Positions 30,115-32,551 of a DNA stretch of 32,551 nt are shown in pieces (the first letter of the stretch is position 1; each line of letters opens with the position of its first letter). The position numbers and the translations under genes are program-made. Source of the stretch: a virus; IMG/VR virus record IMGVR_UViG_3300004941_000002, positions 1 to 32,551 of that record; one strand, given 5' to 3'. The notes under the pieces were generated by a model. The model was not told the DNA's origin and ran no database searches. It worked only from the letters and a program-made list of their open reading frames with translations.

Positions 30115-31346
30115 TGGCTATCCCAGCACCTAAAGTCGAAATTGGTTTCGACATTCTGTCGAGCGGTTTCGGACCGTACTTTATCCTCGATGACCCCCTC
30201 AAGGGCAAGCTAGACAACACGGACTACTTGCTTGCGGGAACAATCTTCTTCGATGTCACAGACTCCGTTCGTAGCATTGCAATAAAGCGAGGAAAGAACC
30301 AGTCACTTGACCAATACGAGGCGGGACTAGCTAATGTCGTGTTCAACAACAACGACAGAACCTTTGACCCTGAATACCCAAGCTCGCCTTACTTCGGACA
30401 GATTATTCCTAAGAGGCAGATTCGTATTAGTTCGGCTGGCGAGGTAGCCTTTACGGGAATTATTGACGACTGGGGTTTGAACTACCAGCCAGATGGGGAT
30501 TCAACAGCCTCAGCTGCTTGCTCTGACGCTTTGGTTTACTTCTCTAAGCAGAACCTCAGCGAGCGTACGAACTCCGTGCAGGCTTCAGGTGACAGGCTTG
30601 CAACAATACTTTCATTGCCTGAGGTCAACTGGCCCGTTACAGAGCGTGACATTGAGACGGGCAACATGACTCTCGGGGCTGACACAATCACCGAGGGAAC
30701 AAACGCACTTGACTACATACGACGCATTACAAAGTCAGAGCCAGGGTCGTTCTTTGTTGCTAAGGCGGGCGGAGTTGTTTACCGTGACCGTCGGACAGGG
30801 CCAACCTCAGAGGGTATCCACCTAGCCAATGATGGTAGTGGCATCCCCTATACAAACATGGTGGTTGAGTATGGCTCTGAGTTGCTATACAACCAAGTCA
30901 GCGCAACTTCTACATTCCTTGAAACGGGAGTTACTGCGGAGTCAGCAACCTCGATTGACACCTACGGTATTTTCAACCTGACTCGTAACGACCTGCTAAT
31001 CAACGCTGACGCAGACCTCGAGGCGTATGTCTCGTTCTTGGCTAACAAGTTCAAAGACCCTGAGTATCGATTCAAGTCCGTGCAGATTCAGCTTGACCAA
31101 AGAACCCCTGCTCAACAGGCGGACATCCTTGGTCTGGAAATTGGAGATGTCGTCGGAATCGACTTCACCCCTAACGGCATTGGGCCTGCGATTGAGAAGC
31201 ACGCCGAGGTCATTGGCATCGACCACTCGGTGACTGCAATCTCGCACACGGTCACTCTCAGCTTCGCAACACTCGACTTCTCACTGCTCGTCTTAGATGA
31301 TGCGGTGTTTGGTAAGCTAGACAGTGGAAACGCTTTGGCGTTCTAA
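30114..31346 (+). CDS. Distal tail protein (Dit-like minor tail protein)
   Basis: 410 aa, TAATG coupled to the tape measure. VTDSVRSIAIKRGKN...AGLANVVFNNNDRTFDP is typical of the first minor tail protein after the tape measure in actinophages. Confidence 0.7.
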   Translation: MAIPAPKVEIGFDILSSGFGPYFILDDPLKGKLDNTDYLLAGTIFFDVTDSVRSIAIKRGKNQSLDQYEAGLANVVFNNNDRTFDPEYPSSPYFGQIIPKRQIRISSAGEVAFTGIIDDWGLNYQPDGDSTASAACSDALVYFSKQNLSERTNSVQASGDRLATILSLPEVNWPVTERDIETGNMTLGADTITEGTNALDYIRRITKSEPGSFFVAKAGGVVYRDRRTGPTSEGIHLANDGSGIPYTNMVVEYGSELLYNQVSATSTFLETGVTAESATSIDTYGIFNLTRNDLLINADADLEAYVSFLANKFKDPEYRFKSVQIQLDQRTPAQQADILGLEIGDVVGIDFTPNGIGPAIEKHAEVIGIDHSVTAISHTVTLSFATLDFSLLVLDDAVFGKLDSGNALAF

Positions 31347-31357
31347 AGGAGAAATTC

Positions 31358-31771
31358 ATGGCAGGTTTGGGTAGAAAAGTCTGGTCCGCAGGAGATGTTC
31401 TTGCAGCAGCAGACCTTCAGGGCTATGTCCAAGACCAGGTGGTTATGGTCTTTGACGACGCAACAGCTAGGTCATCAGCCATTGGAACTCCGACAGAGGG
31501 TATGGCCTCGTACTTAAAAGACAGCAACACCCTCGAGCTTTTCGATGGCGCAGTCTGGTTTAGTGCCGACAGCGAGATTCCCTCGCAGTCTGGTGAGGGT
31601 GGCAACTACCTCACAACCGATGGAACTGCCCTATCGTGGTCAGCCGTAGATGCTCTGCCTAGCCAAACTGGTGAAGGTGGCAAGTACCTAACCACAGACG
31701 GAACAGCAGCTTCGTGGGCTACAATTACTACAGACCCTACGCCTTCAGTATTTCTTTTGATGGGAGCATAA
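31358..31771 (+). CDS. Small tail fibre-like protein with a duplicated G-G-x-Y-L-T-T-D-G-T-A-x-S-W motif
   Basis: 137 aa. Two copies of PSQ(S/T)GEGG(N/K)YLTTDGTA(L/A)SW lie 26 aa apart. I recall this motif type as common in phage fibre proteins. Confidence 0.65.
   Translation: MAGLGRKVWSAGDVLAAADLQGYVQDQVVMVFDDATARSSAIGTPTEGMASYLKDSNTLELFDGAVWFSADSEIPSQSGEGGNYLTTDGTALSWSAVDALPSQTGEGGKYLTTDGTAASWATITTDPTPSVFLLMGA
31580..31717 (+). repeat. Tandem 78-nt (26-aa) repeat inside the fibre-like gene
   Basis: Repeat units start at 31580 and 31658. Each encodes the GGxYLTTDGTAxSW motif. Confidence 0.8.
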
Positions 31772-31772
31772 A

Positions 31773-32105
31773 TTGGCAACAGCTTACAAAATTCTCGGGC
31801 AGTCAGCCCCGAGTGCGACAACGGAGACTGACCTTTACACAGTCCCTGCTGCAACCGAGGCAGTCATCTCTAGCCTTATTGTTTGCAACCGCTCGGCTTC
31901 CGATGCGACCTACAGAATCTCGGTAGCTGCTGATGGCGCAACTACCGCAAACGCACAGTACCTAGCCTACGATGTCACAGTCGGTGCTTCCGATTCGACA
32001 ACACTCACCCTCGGTATCACAATCAACGCCACCGATGTAGTGCGTGTTTATGCCTCAACTGCCGACCTGACATTCAGCGCATTTGGTTCTGAAATAACCG
32101 CTTAG
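31773..32105 (+). CDS. Small beta-rich tail-associated protein (110 aa, function unknown)
   Basis: TTG start 1 nt after the upstream stop. YKILGQSAPSATTETDLYTVPA...VISSLIVCNRS...YRISV is a pattern I recall from small proteins in aquatic phage tail regions, but I cannot name the family. Confidence 0.6.
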   Translation: MATAYKILGQSAPSATTETDLYTVPAATEAVISSLIVCNRSASDATYRISVAADGATTANAQYLAYDVTVGASDSTTLTLGITINATDVVRVYASTADLTFSAFGSEITA

Positions 32106-32116
32106 GAGGGCTACGC

Positions 32117-32551
32117 ATGGGCGTTGTAAAGCTCTCTACCGCTGGGATACTTGACTATCAGAAGTATTCGTCAATGCTTGCGGGTAACACTGCGTTTAGT
32201 CCTAGCTCATACGACCTGCTTGAAACAGAGATACTGACAGGCACGACAGCAAGCGTGACCTTCAGCTCGCTAGGGTCTTATGCTGCTGATTATCGGCACT
32301 TGCAGATTAGATGGGTCGCTGGTAATACCAACGCAGCTACAAACATTGATAATGTCAAACTAAATTTCAACGGAGACACGGGAGCAAACTACTCTTCTCA
32401 CAGACTACTGGGTTCTGGGTCTAGCGTAAATTCTTACGCCGCTTCTAATGCAAGTTATTGTTTTGGTGGCATTGTTGCTAGAGGTTCATCGGTAATTCCT
32501 GCTGCAAACATAGTGGACATTTTAGATTGGCAAGACACTAATAAATACCCA
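32117..32551 (+). CDS. 5' part of junction-spanning A-type paralogue (A1); continues into 92..262
   Basis: ATG at 32117 preceded by TAGGAGGG. The frame is open to the window end and is therefore absent from the ORF track. It translates as MGVVKLSTAGILDYQKYSSMLAGNTAFSPSS...ASVTFSSLGSYAADYRHLQIRW...NFNGDTGANY. Confidence 0.85.
   Translation, partial: MGVVKLSTAGILDYQKYSSMLAGNTAFSPSSYDLLETEILTGTTASVTFSSLGSYAADYRHLQIRWVAGNTNAATNIDNVKLNFNGDTGANYSSHRLLGSGSSVNSYAASNASYCFGGIVARGSSVIPAANIVDILDWQDTNKYP

Overview
This window appears to be a complete, circularly closed genome of about 32.46 kb from a tailed (siphovirus-like) phage. Bases 1..91 are identical to 32461..32551, so the two ends overlap, and one gene runs across the junction. 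Two WhiB-family genes point to an actinobacterial host; the moderate GC content fits an aquatic actinobacterium, but that is inference. Almost everything is on the + strand. Following the circle, the order is: six small tail-distal paralogues (32117..wrap..2912); a lysis cassette (XhlA-like protein, M23 endolysin, holin-like protein; 3220..4360); the only minus-strand block, two whiB genes (4275..4880); and a recombination/replication module (YqaJ exonuclease, putative annealing protein, HNH, initiator with internal iterons, SSB-like protein, interrupted RusA; 4910..9173). Next come small early/middle genes, including an Xis-like HTH protein and NrdH (9271..11162), then a metallophosphoesterase, a Zn-ribbon protein and a second HNH (11172..13381), then a low-GC ParB-domain DNA methyltransferase. 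The HK97-type packaging and head module follows (TerS, TerL, portal, extra gene, extended prohead protease, capsid). A three-gene glycosylation cassette (GT4, GT2, TagD-like cytidylyltransferase) sits between the capsid and connector genes. The tail genes complete the circle (tube, G/GT chaperone with a -1 slip site, extra gene, tape measure, Dit-like protein, small fibre proteins). I found no integrase, repressor, tRNA or CRISPR array. The most unusual features are the A-B-C-A'-B'-C' array that replaces a conventional large tail-tip protein, the glycosylation/CDP-glycerol cassette inside the virion module, a RusA gene broken by a 6-nt in-frame insertion, iterons inside the initiator gene, and several terminator/promoter-insulated extra genes. 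All functional calls come from motifs read by eye; no database search was run.
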